Origin: Azolla caroliniana
Taxonomy: Eukaryota > Plantae > Polypodiophyta
Direction of reading: 5' to 3'
Length of the DNA stretch: 64,000 nucleotides
Assembly: GCA_043228905.1 (NCBI GenBank)
Contig: JBHGNT010000007.1
Coordinates: forward strand, 4,650,001 to 4,714,000
Below are positions 1 to 20,964 of this stretch, piece by piece. A program made the translations under genes and the position numbers. The stretch's first letter is position 1; every line of letters begins with the position of its first letter. The notes beneath the pieces were generated by a model. The model was not told the DNA's origin. It did not search any database and saw only the letters and a list, made by a program, of their open reading frames with translations.

Positions 1-267
1 GTTGGTTGATGGATATCAGTAGGACAAGAGAGAGAAGAAAATGTCCGAGTTGGCCCCAAGATTTTAACAAATGAGAGACCCTAGATACAAAAAGTCCCAT
101 GCCGAGACAAAGACAAAGACTTTAGAGCCACTTGATAGTTACCAAGATCTGGACACCACGAGAGATAGGGGCGGAGACTGAGATGGAGACTAGGACCCAA
201 ATGGAGGCAGGGACTGCAACGGGGCGAAGACTAGGACCAAGGCTTTCCGTTGGAGACTGAGAGTAGG

Positions 268-395
268 GCCGAGACTTCTGTCTCGAGATCGAGGCCCTAG
301 GACCAAAGCCGAGACTTTTTGTCTCGAGATCGAGACCCTAGGACCTATGCCGAGACGTTTTTCTCGAGATCGAGGTCGTAGGACCCATGCCGAGA
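268..395. repeat. Degenerate 40-41 bp tandem repeat (3+ copies) upstream of HD-ZIP III
   Basis: Unit GCCGAGACTT(N)TGTCTCGAGATCGAGGCCCTAGGACC starts at 268, 308 and 349, with a partial copy at 389. It sits in a GAGAC/CCGAG-rich block (about 100-570). Confidence 0.8.
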
Positions 396-967
396 GGCAA
401 AGAGACTTGCAACGAGACGAAGGCCAGGTCCAAGCAAGACTTGTTCCCAAGACCGAGACCGAGGGCAGAGACTTCTCGTAGATCAAGACCAAGGCCAAGA
501 ATATTCTCGAGACCGAGACCAAGACCAAGGCTTGACCTGAGGTGGAGAGTAGGCCCAGACTTAGACCAACCCAGATGACCATGAGTCTCCATGACCATCA
601 TGACCACCATCACCATGTGACCCCACTCTAAAGAGGTGGCCTCTTGCACATGCATCCATGGCGATGTGAGAGAGACAGAGAGACAGAGACAGAGACAGAG
701 AGACTGAGAGAGACTGAGAGAGAGACTAGACATTTTTGCCTTCTGCACCTGCTCCTTCTTCTTCTTCTTCTTCTTCCCCTGCTTTCAGTACACCCCACTC
801 ACAGTCTACTCTACCTCTCTCCTCTGCTACCCATCATTTCTCTCTCTACCTTCCCTCCCTGTCTCCAAAACCTAGACTTCTTCTTCTTCTTCTTCTTCTT
901 CTTTTTGAGTTTGTTCTCCTTCTTGGGTTTACATTGTTTCTTCTTCTTCTCATTCTTCCATGCTCAC

Positions 968-7879
<6,912 letters not shown>

Positions 7880-9727
7880 AAAAGTTTGTCATGTCAATCT
7901 TTGTACCAACTGAACTTCAAAATATTTTTTGGTATCTAGTTTGTGCAAAAAGTCGATTACAGTTGAGAGTTAACTGCCAGGGAAAATTAAAAGCATCGGT
8001 GAAAGAAAAACACCTGTGGATTGTATTGACTGTATCACCATCTTTTTGTTGTCTTGCAAAATAGATATGCTATATATGCTTGTGTTAGCTTACACAGCTT
8101 GAAATGGCAAATTCACTCTCAGCAAATTTTATGTGCAAAGGTATCCAATAAGATCCTCTTTTAAGTTCCGTTGCATATCAAGAAACATCGGCCTTTGAGC
8201 TAATAGATTCATAGATCATTGGCAATTTTATGCTGAAATAACTGTAAAATTCATGGCATATGAGAGCTTTCTTATGATATGGCTACCTCATTGAGTAAGG
8301 TTCTCAATGATGTCAATGGTGTTAATAATGTCGCCTGGTAGGGTTTGTAATCTACATTCTGATAACTTCACATGGAATTCCCCATAAGAATCATAAAGCA
8401 TTCTTGGAAACCTATAATTTCACATTCTTCAATTGGTACGCAGAATTGCTCCTCAAATTCCTCTCAACTATGATAACTGGTGTCTAGAAGTGTAGCCATA
8501 ATCTTATGACCTTCAATACATTTGTACAAATTCACATTCTGTCATTGGGTCATTTGACATCAGAATTTCTCCACAAATTTCTCTGAAGTACAAAAAAATC
8601 TAAAAGTATAGCCCCTTGCATGCATCGAGAAGACTGGACAGACCTACTTAAATCTAAATGCAATACTAATTTAACGAAATATGGGGAGCTGGATAATGCT
8701 GCTATTATAATGAGGCTGCAAAGAAGTAAAAATCTTCTTCAGTATGCTTATGTAGGATCAACAAGAGGTTTAGTTGCTATATGGTGTCCACATATATATC
8801 TGATAGGTAAAAAATATAGCCGGAAACAGCCCATAACAAACTATTACTGAGGGTAAGGAAAGCATGACATTAACCCCCAATTTTCCTTCATTTGAACTCT
8901 CCCCATCAACCTAACAACCCAAACATTCTCTTTCTTTCATGGAAATACAGTAGTATACCATTAGTTTTATTCGTGGCAAACATTCAACTTGTTTTCTCAT
9001 CCATGCAAATGAATTTGTATTATACATTCATGTTCTAACATAGAATTAGCAACTTTTCCTAAAGTTATGCAGTTGTGTTATTTAGCTTCAAGTTCCAAGA
9101 CTAGGTAAATGAAATGTACCTTGCAGATTTTTGAACACAATACTTTATACCTACGTGGAATTTGTTGATTTTAGACACCAATTCATCTCATTGTAAACAG
9201 AGGAATGAACATTTTAAACATCAATTGGATTGACCTGATCTTTCAGAATTTCCTCCACAGGAGTGGAGAGGAAAGTAGTCATTTGGAAGTTGCATTCTAA
9301 CAAAAATTCTAATGTCTGAAGGTTAGTTAGGTTAGGTTATTCAAAACACACAAGTCAAGGTACTGTAGCAATTTTATACCCACAGGATAATTTACTATAA
9401 GAACTATAAATGTTCTGGCATGATATGACGTTTCTGTAGTTTGTCTATATATTACTTTGTATATCTCAAATGTATATACAACTAATGAGCCTTTGTAGTC
9501 TTTTTTCCCTTAATGTTTGTAGATTTTTCTAATGATAGTAAGGATTTCACCTTGCTGAAATCCGATGCAAAAAATGTGATTGGATAACAATGAAAGATCT
9601 CAAGAGTTTCTATACAGCCTGAATTGGTGGTATCTCAATGATATATGGAGAAGATGAGGGAGGAAGACAAGAAAAAGTGGGGTTTCTTCTATATATACAC
9701 TAGGATGTTTTGCTTGGCATATTTGTG

Positions 9728-12700
9728 TTAATCTGAAAACCATGGTAAGTCTTCTCCCTGGGGTAGATGATGACCATTATAATTATATGACTCATCCTCT
9801 TGGTCTGATTCTTCATTATCATCTCTATCATCATCATCACTGTTGGGCTGAGGGACAATACTCATTTCATCTTTGTCCTCTTTGAATGATCTTGTTTGAA
9901 TGATCTCATCTTCCAAAGCTTTTGGGCTCTCACAAATGCATACATCAGGATTCTCAAAGAACTGTCCTGTTCCTACCTTCAACTCATTGGGTTCTCCTAT
10001 GAACCCTTTTTGTATCTTGTGCAACTTGGATGAAAATTCATGCCACGTCATATTCGGCTTGGCAAGAAAAAGGGATCCAAGTTTCTTTGTGTAAGGTCGT
10101 ATGGTCCTTTTGTGACCAAAATATCGTCTGCACACAAAAAAAATAAAAGAAAGCTAGCTCACTATTAAAATGTGCTTAGAAACAAAACAAAACAATGTCA
10201 AAAGATGTTTCCAAACAGTGCACAACACAAGTATTTTTGAGCATTTCTCTTTGTGTGAAACATCCCATTTCCCTTAAATTTCTCTCCTTAGATAATGCTG
10301 AATATCACAAGTGCTGCATAATGAGAAACCCAATGTCACCAAGAGGCACACAATTGATACCTGATGCTAACTTTAACTACTTCATGAGCAAGGAATAAGG
10401 TCAATGTGAGTATGTGTGAACAATGTCATTTCTGGCTGCGACAATTGATACCTGATGCTAACTTCAACTACTTCATGAGCAAGGAATAAGGTCAATGTGA
10501 GTATGTGTGAACACGGTCAATCTTACCTGCGGCCAGAAAGGATACGAGCCATGTTGCCATTGTTGTTGGTGACAAAAACATCGCTCTCATCACAAACTAT
10601 GTAGTCTATTGCTGCCATGCGTGATGAATAGTGGAGAAAAGGCTTAAGTTCAGCTTTTGTTGCAAGATTTTCCTTGGTGTAAAACTTTGGAAACATAGCC
10701 TTAAGAGGTGCAAGGGTTTTCTCCCCACCATACACCTCCCCTGATGCTACATACAGATAAGAATCACTCCCGAATCCAAGAGCTTTCAACATCAATCCAA
10801 CCTCCTCTGGTGTAAGAGGGCATTTCCCATTCCTCCTCTCCCTCTCCGGGTTCTTTTGCTGAAGAGATCAATAAAAAGAAGGCGTTTCCTCAGCAACAGA
10901 TCACATTGTTACATCTTGCAAAGTGCAAAACTTATACTGGGATTATAGGCATTTATTTACATGTAATGACTTCCATCTCTTACGGACCCTGCCAAGTTCT
11001 TGAAGTTCTATCTCACCCCCTCCAAAATAACACCCAGAGAATGCAAGCATGTCTGGTTCAAATCTGCATAGCAATCACTCTTCATTTGATATATATACCA
11101 TATATAGGATTGAGAGACCACAATACATGTACATATGCATTGGTATATAAACAATGTCATTGCAAGTATGTGGCAAACAATACTGGACACTTATTGCCTA
11201 GAAATCAGCTTATTATGATATTATAGTCAATACAATAAATAACTAGCTCATGCATCTTGCTTCTAGTTGAGTACCTAAGGTGAAGTGCAATATATCTTCC
11301 ACTTCTCTGTCTCAACCTTTCCACTAAAATTTCACCCATCATTCTGATGGGTGTGGTGAATCGAAGGGCATTATAGTTTACTCTGCATCGAAGCTTTTGC
11401 AAATCTACATCCAACCTGTTTGAAAGCCTGTAGTCGAACTTTGTTAGGCGAATAGCCTGCACAATGTCACACAAAACTACTCTCAATAAAATAACAAGGA
11501 TTGGAATTCCATATTACCAAACAATGCTTTATCTACAAAATTGATGTTTGGTTAGGCTTCATAAAATAACCGCCCCTTCTCATTAGAACAATTCATTAAA
11601 TTTGTTGTGAGCATTATGTGTGCAAATTACTATCCTTCTCCAAACTAACAATGAAAATTCTTTTCACTTATAAAACAGATCTTCAAATATAGAATTGTAG
11701 ACTAACCTTCTTCCTTTCCAAGAGGGGCAGTACTTTCTCCTTGAAGTACTCCGGTTCACATTTTCTTGGCACCCGTGTAGAGTATATTCTTTCTTCACTG
11801 AGTTCAGGCTTCAGTGGTAGTTTCGTAACAATTGGTACATCCGAGCTAAGGGAGGAGATAAACCAGTTCACGTCAAAGATATCACTGAAGTTGCTGCAAT
11901 AACAGTAACAAATCGTTGAGAACATCATGTGCATATACATAGGTATTAGCTGAAGGCTAAAACATTAAAAATAATAGCAAAGATCTAAACTTTTTTCTTC
12001 TGCATTGTTTACATCCATGAGAGATAATAAGATGTTTATAATCGAAAAGGCCATGGTAAATCAAAGATAAGAAGCAGACCTAGTATCCCTCCAAAAAGAA
12101 TTGTGATCAAGATCAGGTACAACTAATGTGGCATTAAGAATTCGAGCAGCAACAACAGCATCAATTATCTATCACACAATTAACATGATCATGAGAAATG
12201 TTTTGAAGAAAATTATTCTATTTCTATTTCTTAGATAAACATTGGCTTATAGAAGGTTAGTAGTAAAATACCCCTGTTCTTTGTTGGTTTAACCCTCCAC
12301 TTGTCTGGATTAGAATATAGCCAGTAGACCTGGATTTTGATATGCTTCCTAGTCATATCCATTGAAGCAAATGATGATCAATTATATTTTCCTCATTCAA
12401 CTTGTTGAACACTACTCATAACATAATTTTATGGTCATCAAAACCCACTAATACACTACAGATAATAGTAGGGGGAAAACTCCAAAAATATTCCGGAGTT
12501 TTTCATTATTTTATACAGTGCCCTTGAGTTTTCCTTATTACCCCAAATGCTCTTGGTCAGCCCCCAAAAGTGTGATCACATACTCAATTCATTCCCCTTT
12601 TCTCACTTTGTATGTGTTGCTTCAGCAGTTGATTTGATTGATCTACTTTGGGGTAGTTTGGGACATATGAAAGCTCAAGGGCATTTGGGGAAATAGAAGA

Positions 12701-12865
12701 TGAACTCAGGGCCTTTTTCTTAATAATAAGTAGTCTTCATTGGTTTCGACTATCTCTCTAGAAAAACATGACACTGGAGTCTAAAAGACCTTTACTTTAT
12801 ACAAACTTTCAAGCAAAATATCACAGAAGTTTCATATATGTTATCCAATGGAGATGCCCCACCAC

Positions 12866-12896
<31 letters not shown>

Positions 12897-14725
12897 CTGG
12901 TCTTCTGGTCTTCTGGTAAAGGGTATTATAAATTAACTTATGTACAATGCAAAAAAATATCCAAAAGTGCAAAGTCTAAATCGCATGACAAACTACTGAA
13001 AAGTAAAAGAAAAGAAGCTCTCTTTCTCTCTTCTCCTCAAGGGTAAAGAGTAATTGTAAATTGTGGCATGTACAAATACTATTAATTACAAAAGGAAATT
13101 GCAGGACAAAGTGAGCATCACTTAGGCCACACATAAAACACAAGAGAAAAGAAACAGGAAACTCTTTCACTCTCATCATTCGACACTAAAAAGTTCATTT
13201 CTTTCTTTAAAGAGAAAAAATAAAAAAGTTTGTTCCTTGGAAGAGGTGTTAAGCATATAAAGAAACAATAGGACGGGAAGAATTTAATTGACTTGTTAAA
13301 TACTTCTTGTAACAGATAACCATGTGCTTCTTCGTGTAAGTTTAAATTGCATGCATGGATAATCACATCCTCTTTTTTAGTGCTCTTTTTAATGCATTGA
13401 GAATTATGATTACTGTCGTTAGTTCCTATGAACTTAAAAGTTTGGTCATGGAATAATATCATCATCATCATCGTCGTCATTTTATTGTCCTTCATCTGCT
13501 TACTAGGATAAGAATCACTTGAGGAACTGCATCCACGGTAGTAGATCGCATGCTTGGATGCCCAGAGATAATTATCCTTAGAATCTGATGTCGATACTAC
13601 TAGCCCCTGAAGCAAACAAATGATCTCACCATTAGGGTTTCGTTTTATCTACTTCCATTCATCGTTTAATTTCTACCAAGGAAACCTGTGAATTATTTAC
13701 TTAGAATTAGGTTTCTTTTTCCCATTAATCATTTGATTTTAACAACGAAAACAAGGGACTTCTACAAATAGGGAAAATCAATTGACATTATGATCGGGCT
13801 TATGTTTTTCCATGAATCACTTGATTTTTACAAAGAGAACAACTGAGCTTACAACAAGGGATAATAATTCTTCCCCATTAACAACTTCGATTTTACAAAG
13901 AGAACTAGTTAACTACAATTAGGGCTTTTGTTGCCATTAATCAATCGATTTTTACAAAGAGAATAGGTGAATTGAAATTAAGGAAAACAATAACAAAAAA
14001 ATCTCATTTTCTTTTTAATTGAAGAGAACAAGCGCATGTATGCATGAAGGAAACTAGAGAAAACAGCATTTCTTTGAAGGAAAACAATTGCCCCAGAAGA
14101 AGAAGAAAGCGTAGAAAATCATGAAGAAATTTTAAGAAAGTTAGACTGGAAAAACGTTACTCAAAGCAAAGCTTTTGCAAGAAAAGGACTTAGGAGACAA
14201 ACAGTCATGGAGGAGTCATCGTTACTTTAAAGAAAAAGAAATAATGAAGAAAAATTAAAACAAACATTGAAAATGCTGTAGGAAATAATTGAAAGTTTTA
14301 TAATAATAGATAGAAACTTTTGCAGAGAATTTAAGAAGAAGAAGAAGATAATCACAAAATATACCGAGTAATTATAGGAGTAATTAAGTTAATCGCTATA
14401 TCTGTTAGTTTTTGTTCTGTCTGTGAATTTTGCTTTAGTATGAGAGTTGATGTTAATCGCCATAGCCATATGCATAAGTAATGTACATCTGTTGTGGGAG
14501 AATATTGGTATGCGAAAGAAATGAAGTGAATCGCTACAGCCATAGCCATAGCCGTAACGTTTTGTGTTAAGTGAAAGGCTGAGTTACCTGAGTGGATGAA
14601 GAAGGAATGTACATGTCTTCTTCTTCTTCATGTGACCCATAGACCTCGAGGTCGAGGAGGAGGAGAGGAACAGAGGTGAGGGAGACGAGGGAGAGAAGGA
14701 GTAGCAGAGGAACACAGCAAGCCAT
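9728..14725 (-). CDS. O-fucosyltransferase family protein (DUF246/GT106), type II membrane Golgi glycosyltransferase, about 9 exons
   Basis: Exons encode MACCVPLLLLLSLVSLTSVPLLLL (TM anchor, 14588-14725), LWASKHAIYYRGCS, GYILIQTSGGLNQQRTG, IIDAVVAARILNATLVVPDLDHNSFWRD, FSDIFDVNWFI, LQKLRCRVNYNALRF, YIALHLRFEPDMLAFSGC, GKCPLTPEEVGLMLKALGF..YLYVASGEVYGG, RMAAIDYIVCDESDVFV.NNNGNMARIL.GRRRYFGHKRTIRP and GQFFENPDVCIC. The N-terminus is uncertain. Confidence 0.93.
10350..10513. repeat. Tandem duplication of about 73 bp (period 91) in the last GT106 intron
   Basis: ACAATTGATACCTGATGCTAACTT...GTGAGTATGTGTGAACA occurs at 10350 and 10441, nearly identical. Confidence 0.9.
12470..12720. mobile_element. 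Degenerate Mutator-like MITE in a GT106 intron, related to the 25417-25729 element
   Basis: Imperfect inverted arms GCCCTTGAGTT..CCCCAAATGC and GCATTTGGGG..AACTCAGGGC. The reverse complement of the right arm resembles TTCTTCTATTTACCAGAATGCCCCTGG...AAACTACCCC of the 25.4 kb MITE. Confidence 0.5.
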
Positions 14726-14778
14726 GGAAAAGCTTCACCGATATATACGTTTACAGAGACAGAATATACGTATATAGG

Positions 14779-14815
<37 letters not shown>

Positions 14816-15102
14816 TGAGTGTGAGTGAGTGAGTGAGAGAGAGAAAGAGAGATGTAAAGACAGAAGCTTTACACCATGGTTATGTGAAGAGCTTGAAATC
14901 GCCACACTTCGTTTAGAAATGCAGTATGAGTGGTCTGCAGAAATACTGATGAAGATGAAGAAGATGAAGAAGAAGATGAAGGAGCCATGGGAGCTCAATG
15001 CAAACTGAATATGTGTTTGTGTGTGTCTTCTGATGCATGTCTGTCTCCTTCCACTTTTGATCTTCTAATTATTTAGAGACAAAGAGGCACAAGAGGGAGA
15101 GA

Positions 15103-15141
<39 letters not shown>

Positions 15142-17495
15142 ATCAAAATTCTAGGTCTTTCTTTGAGAACTCTCTCTCTCTCATATATATATTTCTTCTT
15201 TAGATTTCTTGCAATGGCATGGGTATCCCAATGGTCTCAATGCCCGGACATCCCGATGGACACAATGCTTGCACATCCCCGATGCTCGCATTGCCCGGAC
15301 ATCCCATCCTTGATGACGGTCGCAATAACCCGAAAAAGGACCCTTGTGGCCATGCACCACCAGTATACCATGTGGCCCTACCAGTCAGTGCTACTACTAC
15401 TGTTGATGCTAGTAAAATAGTAGATGCCACAACCCTTTTTGTGGAATGTAGGGCACACGTTCCGCATGCACGATGTGCCCTTTTCCGGGGGGGAGAGGGT
15501 CTCCTCCTCTTTCGCCTTAATTTACAAGGTGCCCTAATGTGGAATGGGGGTGGTGGGATGCAAGGGTTGGTCGAACAGACCACATGCATGAATCATGATG
15601 GCTATCCGCATCTACGCCAGGGCAAGCAACCCATTCTAATCTCGGGTACATACGAGACCAACACATCTTCGAGTTGCATGTCATACATGCATGTACATGT
15701 ATGTATGTATGTATGTATGTATGTATGTATGTATGTATATGAAGCCAAGCCACCATGCATTGTAGTCACGTAGGGTCGAAGAAGATGGTGTCGGCTCTTG
15801 TCTCCCAAGGCAGAGCCCTGCGACCACCTCACGAAACGTGACAGACACTGCGCTTGGGACCAAAAACACGCTAGAACAAACAAGGGCCCTTTGGCCTGCT
15901 CCCCCTACAGACTAGCCCCTGCTTGTTATTGCTTGCATATCTTTTTATTTGTTTTTATATCATTTACTAATTATAATTTTATAACAACAACAAGAAGAAG
16001 ATCCTTTTGCTTGCTACTTAGTTTTCTTTCAATATTTCTTTTTTTTCCAAAAAATTCAATATTTCTTTTTGATTTTGCCCAAGAAAGTTTAAACATAAAC
16101 AAAAAATCAAGCCAATAAATAATAAGTTAAGTGCCCACTTTTCTTCCTTTCCATTGGGTTTGCCCATGCACGTGCCTTATTATTATTCTTCTCTTTTTGA
16201 CACACGTGCGTGTTTTTTGGGGGATAAGGTCTTTTTGCCTTTGCCCCGTGAGGCTCACCTACATATACATATGTATATAGTTTGCACTTTAGGTTTTTTG
16301 GTTTCTTAAGATGATCTCTTTTCGCACGTGTGCACACGTGTCTTGTTTTCCTCCCTTCTTTGTTTTTCTCGAAAGCTCTTCCTTCTACATATAGTTGGTG
16401 CCCACTTAACGAAGATACTCTTGTCGCAAGGTTCCTCATTAGCAATCAATCATCCGAAAGTTGAGCATATACTTCAAAAACAAACGGAAGCGTACGCTTC
16501 ATATTGTGGAAGCTTGTTATTTAACGGTGATTCAATCAACTTTCCCGAAGTTTAAAGATTAGTTGTCTACTATTTCGACAAATACTTTCAAGCACATGAT
16601 CGTGGTATACATGTGCGACAGTTGGGAGCTCAAAATATAAGCTTCATGATTCTCTCGAGTTTGGTGGGGCAAGTGTCCCTTTGTGAGTTTGCCACAGGTT
16701 AACTGTGAGCATGGGATGGGGCAATTATACACTTGGAATGTTGAGAGGAGATTCAATGTCATGTTCTACTGCATATGCATAAGTATTGACATGACTATGT
16801 TTGTGTGTGTAATGTGATATGGTACTCAACAACCAATCAAACTCCATTGAGCAAAATATAACCTACTTGTGACCTAACACATTTGTGTGAGGTACTCGCC
16901 TTTTGTAAGCCATTACTTTACAAGGTCAATCATATCTTTTCGTTAGTTCAATCCGACCAACAACCAGTCTTTTAGATGCAGCTCATCATGATGACAACCT
17001 ACCACATTCTTCTTAACATGCTACTTTTCTAATTATGCCTAAACATGGGCAAAAGTAGGCATATGCATCCCATCTCTATGGCGATTGCAAGGTTTTAGCT
17101 CCCGCTCATTTTCCAAGTCAGCAACAACTTACCTACTTCCTATTCTACGCTCTTAGATGCTTGTAAGTCTTAGCAAGACTCCAATAATGTAAAAGACGCC
17201 CATTATATAATAACATGGCAATCACAACAAAATGGTTGCATTTAATGATGCCAATACCAACCCGACACCATGCATACCTACAATAGCCAAAAGATCACCA
17301 AAATTTTGATAAAATCTAAATCCCCTTTTACAATATGACAACTTCAAATTATTCGGTGTCCCGACATTGTTGTGTTTGTATGATTTGAGCATTTCAAGTC
17401 AATGTGCTTTTATAGGATTATAAGAAAGCAAAAACACGTCAAACACGCCATGACAGAGAGCATATATGTATGTATGTATGTATATATACATATAT

Positions 17496-17536
<41 letters not shown>

Positions 17537-20500
17537 TGGTTCAAACTTCAAATGATAATAACACAATTGGAATATGCGTAATGCTTTCATGTTTGATAGT
17601 AAACATGAGGTGAAAGTCTATATGAAGAAGTTGAAAGGTATTGTTAATGTGGAATTTCTGGATGTTAGAGCATGTGGGGATCATTTCCTCAAATGCACAT
17701 TGAGGTTTTCTACTGGCATTACAAGACGTCCCTCTCCCTACATATGATAGGTAGGTAGAGGAGACTAAGAAGTGTTGTAAATGTGGATTTTACATACAAT
17801 TAATATAATTGTGTGCTTTACCAAAGAGAGAGAGAGAGAGAGCTACATCCCCAGTGGTTAGGTTGTTTTCCACCTTGCCAAATGTTAAGGAATATAAAGT
17901 ATTGATGACAAATAGAAGAGTATATCGAAGGAATAATATCTTATGCATGTATAAATATGTTTGTGCTAGTCTACTTCAATCACTAGTAAAATCACAAAAA
18001 CTCGATTTGATGTGTATGTATACATCTACGAGAGATGAGAATTGTAAGATGAGGGAGAGGCCTAGAGGGCTGAGACCAAGTGCCCTCATAAGAAGATCTT
18101 AGATATAATATCCCAATGATCGACGTGATCCAATTGTGTAAATTGTGTATTCCGATCAAAACCTCTACTTATGAATGACCATATTTTTATGAGTCTTTGT
18201 CTTTCCACAACCTCGTAATTAAAAGGGTGCAACTAAAGATTAATAAGTTGATATCACGCACGCTATGGAGATCGGATGAACGTGACGTTCAATTGCGTAC
18301 ATGTAAACATCCTCAATCAAAATATAGCAGTTACAAATGTTATGCTAGATTCTTGTGTAAAGGTAGCTTTCACAAATCTATGGTTGATTTTGTCTCTAGA
18401 TTCCACATCGTAAATACCATAGATGTTTTTGGCAGCGTTCATTCTCTAATCAATATTGATCAAAAGCAAGTACATGCAAATGAATATTGTAACTATCAAA
18501 AAGCCCAAGATTAAGTTGACTTTTGGTGTGGGGATAACAAATCCCCCTAGGATTTTGTGTGTTGTAAAGTGGTTGAAGTTGTAGTGTTACTTCAAACTTG
18601 CTTGATTGAAGTTTGTGAGAACCATTAAAGGTTTTCACCGCATCCATACAAAAGGGGTGCCCACAAGTGGCTCGATTGATTTGGGCTTTGGATGGGTTGG
18701 CCAATATGGAGTGCCTTGGAGTTAATCATGGAAGTGTGGAGATGATCATGGGATGTGAAAGCTCTTGCGAACTTTTAGACCATTATAGCTTTCACATGTA
18801 GGTGCATGATCAAATAAACACCATCTTTCACTTCTCGAATTTTTTCTTCTTTTTATGAAAATTAGTCGAATCTTAGACATGGCTTAATTTTTATGCCTTT
18901 GGTTTTTATAGCATTGAGAATAGTGCTAATGCAAACATAGGTATATATTAAAGGAATAAAATCAAGCTTCAAAATAATGCCACCATCTTTCGTTTCTCGA
19001 GACCCCAATGGTAAACCTTTACAATCTACAAATGTACACATTTAGTGTTATTCTAAATCTTGTCGTGTAGCTGAGAAATGTTTTAACTGCATGTTATTAA
19101 CATTATGCCATTTTACGCTACCAAAAGGAGAAATTACTTGTTGGTTTCGTGGACACAAGGATATGGTAACTAAACATGGAAATGGCTTACTTTTTCTAGC
19201 TTTTAGTTATTAGCTATTGTATTCGGCTTGTGAGACAAACCAAAGAAAACTTGTGTTAACTACTGAAGCAATAAATTTGTTGTTTTGATTCTTACCAAAA
19301 ACCTTTTGAGAAAAAGCCACATTCATCCATTTGGCTACTCGAATAAAGAAATGACAAGTAGACGACAAAAACATAATTGAGCATTAATGTTACCCAACAT
19401 ACATGATAATACATTGGATCACCTTTGCAATGCTACTGCATTTCATTTTGAAGGATATTATTATAATGAAAAAACGACTATTTTTGCAATGTCGGATTAA
19501 TGCAAAACTAAGATCTAAAAACTTAGGCAATGAATGGTTATGTTCTTCCATACGAAAGGATTCACTAAATTTTATATTCCTTTGCATTTAGGTGGATTGA
19601 ATGGAGATGCTCTCGGAAAAGTCGATGAGCTACGAACAAAGAAGTACATGAGCTACATATGTGTAACGAAGTGGGTTGATATATGAGACAACCAACTATT
19701 TTCTAGTTACAAGAGTGCACCAAAGTGATGTTGATATACATAGAGACAATTTCAAATAAGTTGTTATTTGTTCTAAACACATATCATAAAGAAATGTTTT
19801 GAATGAGTATACATAAAGATTTTGTTAAAAAGTGTATTGCACATCATACATGTCCTTATTGATATGAGGCTCAATAGGTTTACTAGACGCGAATGCGCTC
19901 TTAGACAAACTAAGAAAAATACAATGGTGATATACATAAGAAAGAGATTATGATGTAAGTTTTGTTAATTAAAAGCTAATCACTCGTAGTGAGTAATATG
20001 TAATTACACTCATTCAAAACAAAACTCATAGATTCTTATCATTCTTTCATTCTACACAAGTATTGGTATATAATATAATCATAAGATCCTCATTCAACAT
20101 GCGTATGTGATACACGTTCATGAATTGGTAACTGTTCTTGTGCTTACTGATTTAACATAACGGATACTTATTTAATAGAGAGGTGCATTAACAATTGTAA
20201 TGCCCGTACACTACCTCACATTCAGTCCACCAACATCATTTTCGACACCTTTATGGTAGAGAAGGGGGTCTATAAATAGTGGTCTTTGAAACTAGAAACA
20301 TCGATGCTTTTACTACATTAATAAAAGGTAAAGAGTGTGTTGTCAATGTAAACACACCTAAAAAGGAACTTTAGAGCGACTTAAATATTAATATATATTT
20401 GAAGTTCATGTCAGATCATATATCCTTTAGGGGTTCTCATTACTTCCTTTTACCATGAATCTAATCATGATATCAACTTTCCATTGTTAAACGTCGTGTT

Positions 20501-20964
20501 ATGGCATACTTCTACATGACGCTTACAAGATATAGATTTATTCATAAGCTCACCCCGTATCTCTCTACCTCTTGCACTATCAACATTTATTTTATGAACA
20601 CGACGACACATTAGTGAGAGTGATGTGCCTATGTCATGTACTCTAAATTTACATCTAAATCCACCAAAATCAACAAAAATGGTAATGCAACTTGAGTTAT
20701 GATATCTACCTCTTTATCATAGAGCAAGGGCTCTACAAATAAATAAACTCAAAAAGTATATCGACATCAATGCTTTTACACTGAGGAAAAATGATCATCA
20801 AACAAATGTCACAAAAATGGTAACGAGACTCTAGATATGAACTTTACAACTTTATGTTAGAGTTGGGCCTATGTAAATAACACTTGATAACTATTAGAAG
20901 CCCTATGTGATAACATTAGTAGACCATGATGGCCATTCTTTGATCAAGAATGGGGGAGTATGAC

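Noticed and set aside
268-395. CRISPR-like palindromic repeat array
   Set aside because: The units are contiguous with no unique spacers, there are no cas genes, and the context is eukaryotic.
190-748. ORFs of 63-136 aa on both strands
   Set aside because: Low-complexity translations of the tandem repeat block.
644-967. In-frame N-terminal extension of HD-ZIP III in the ORF track
   Set aside because: It is made of GA and CTT microsatellites that lack stops. Homology starts at ATG 968.
15163-15883. Overlapping ORFs up to 184 aa
   Set aside because: No recognisable domain; explained by a locally GC-rich patch and a (TATG)n repeat.
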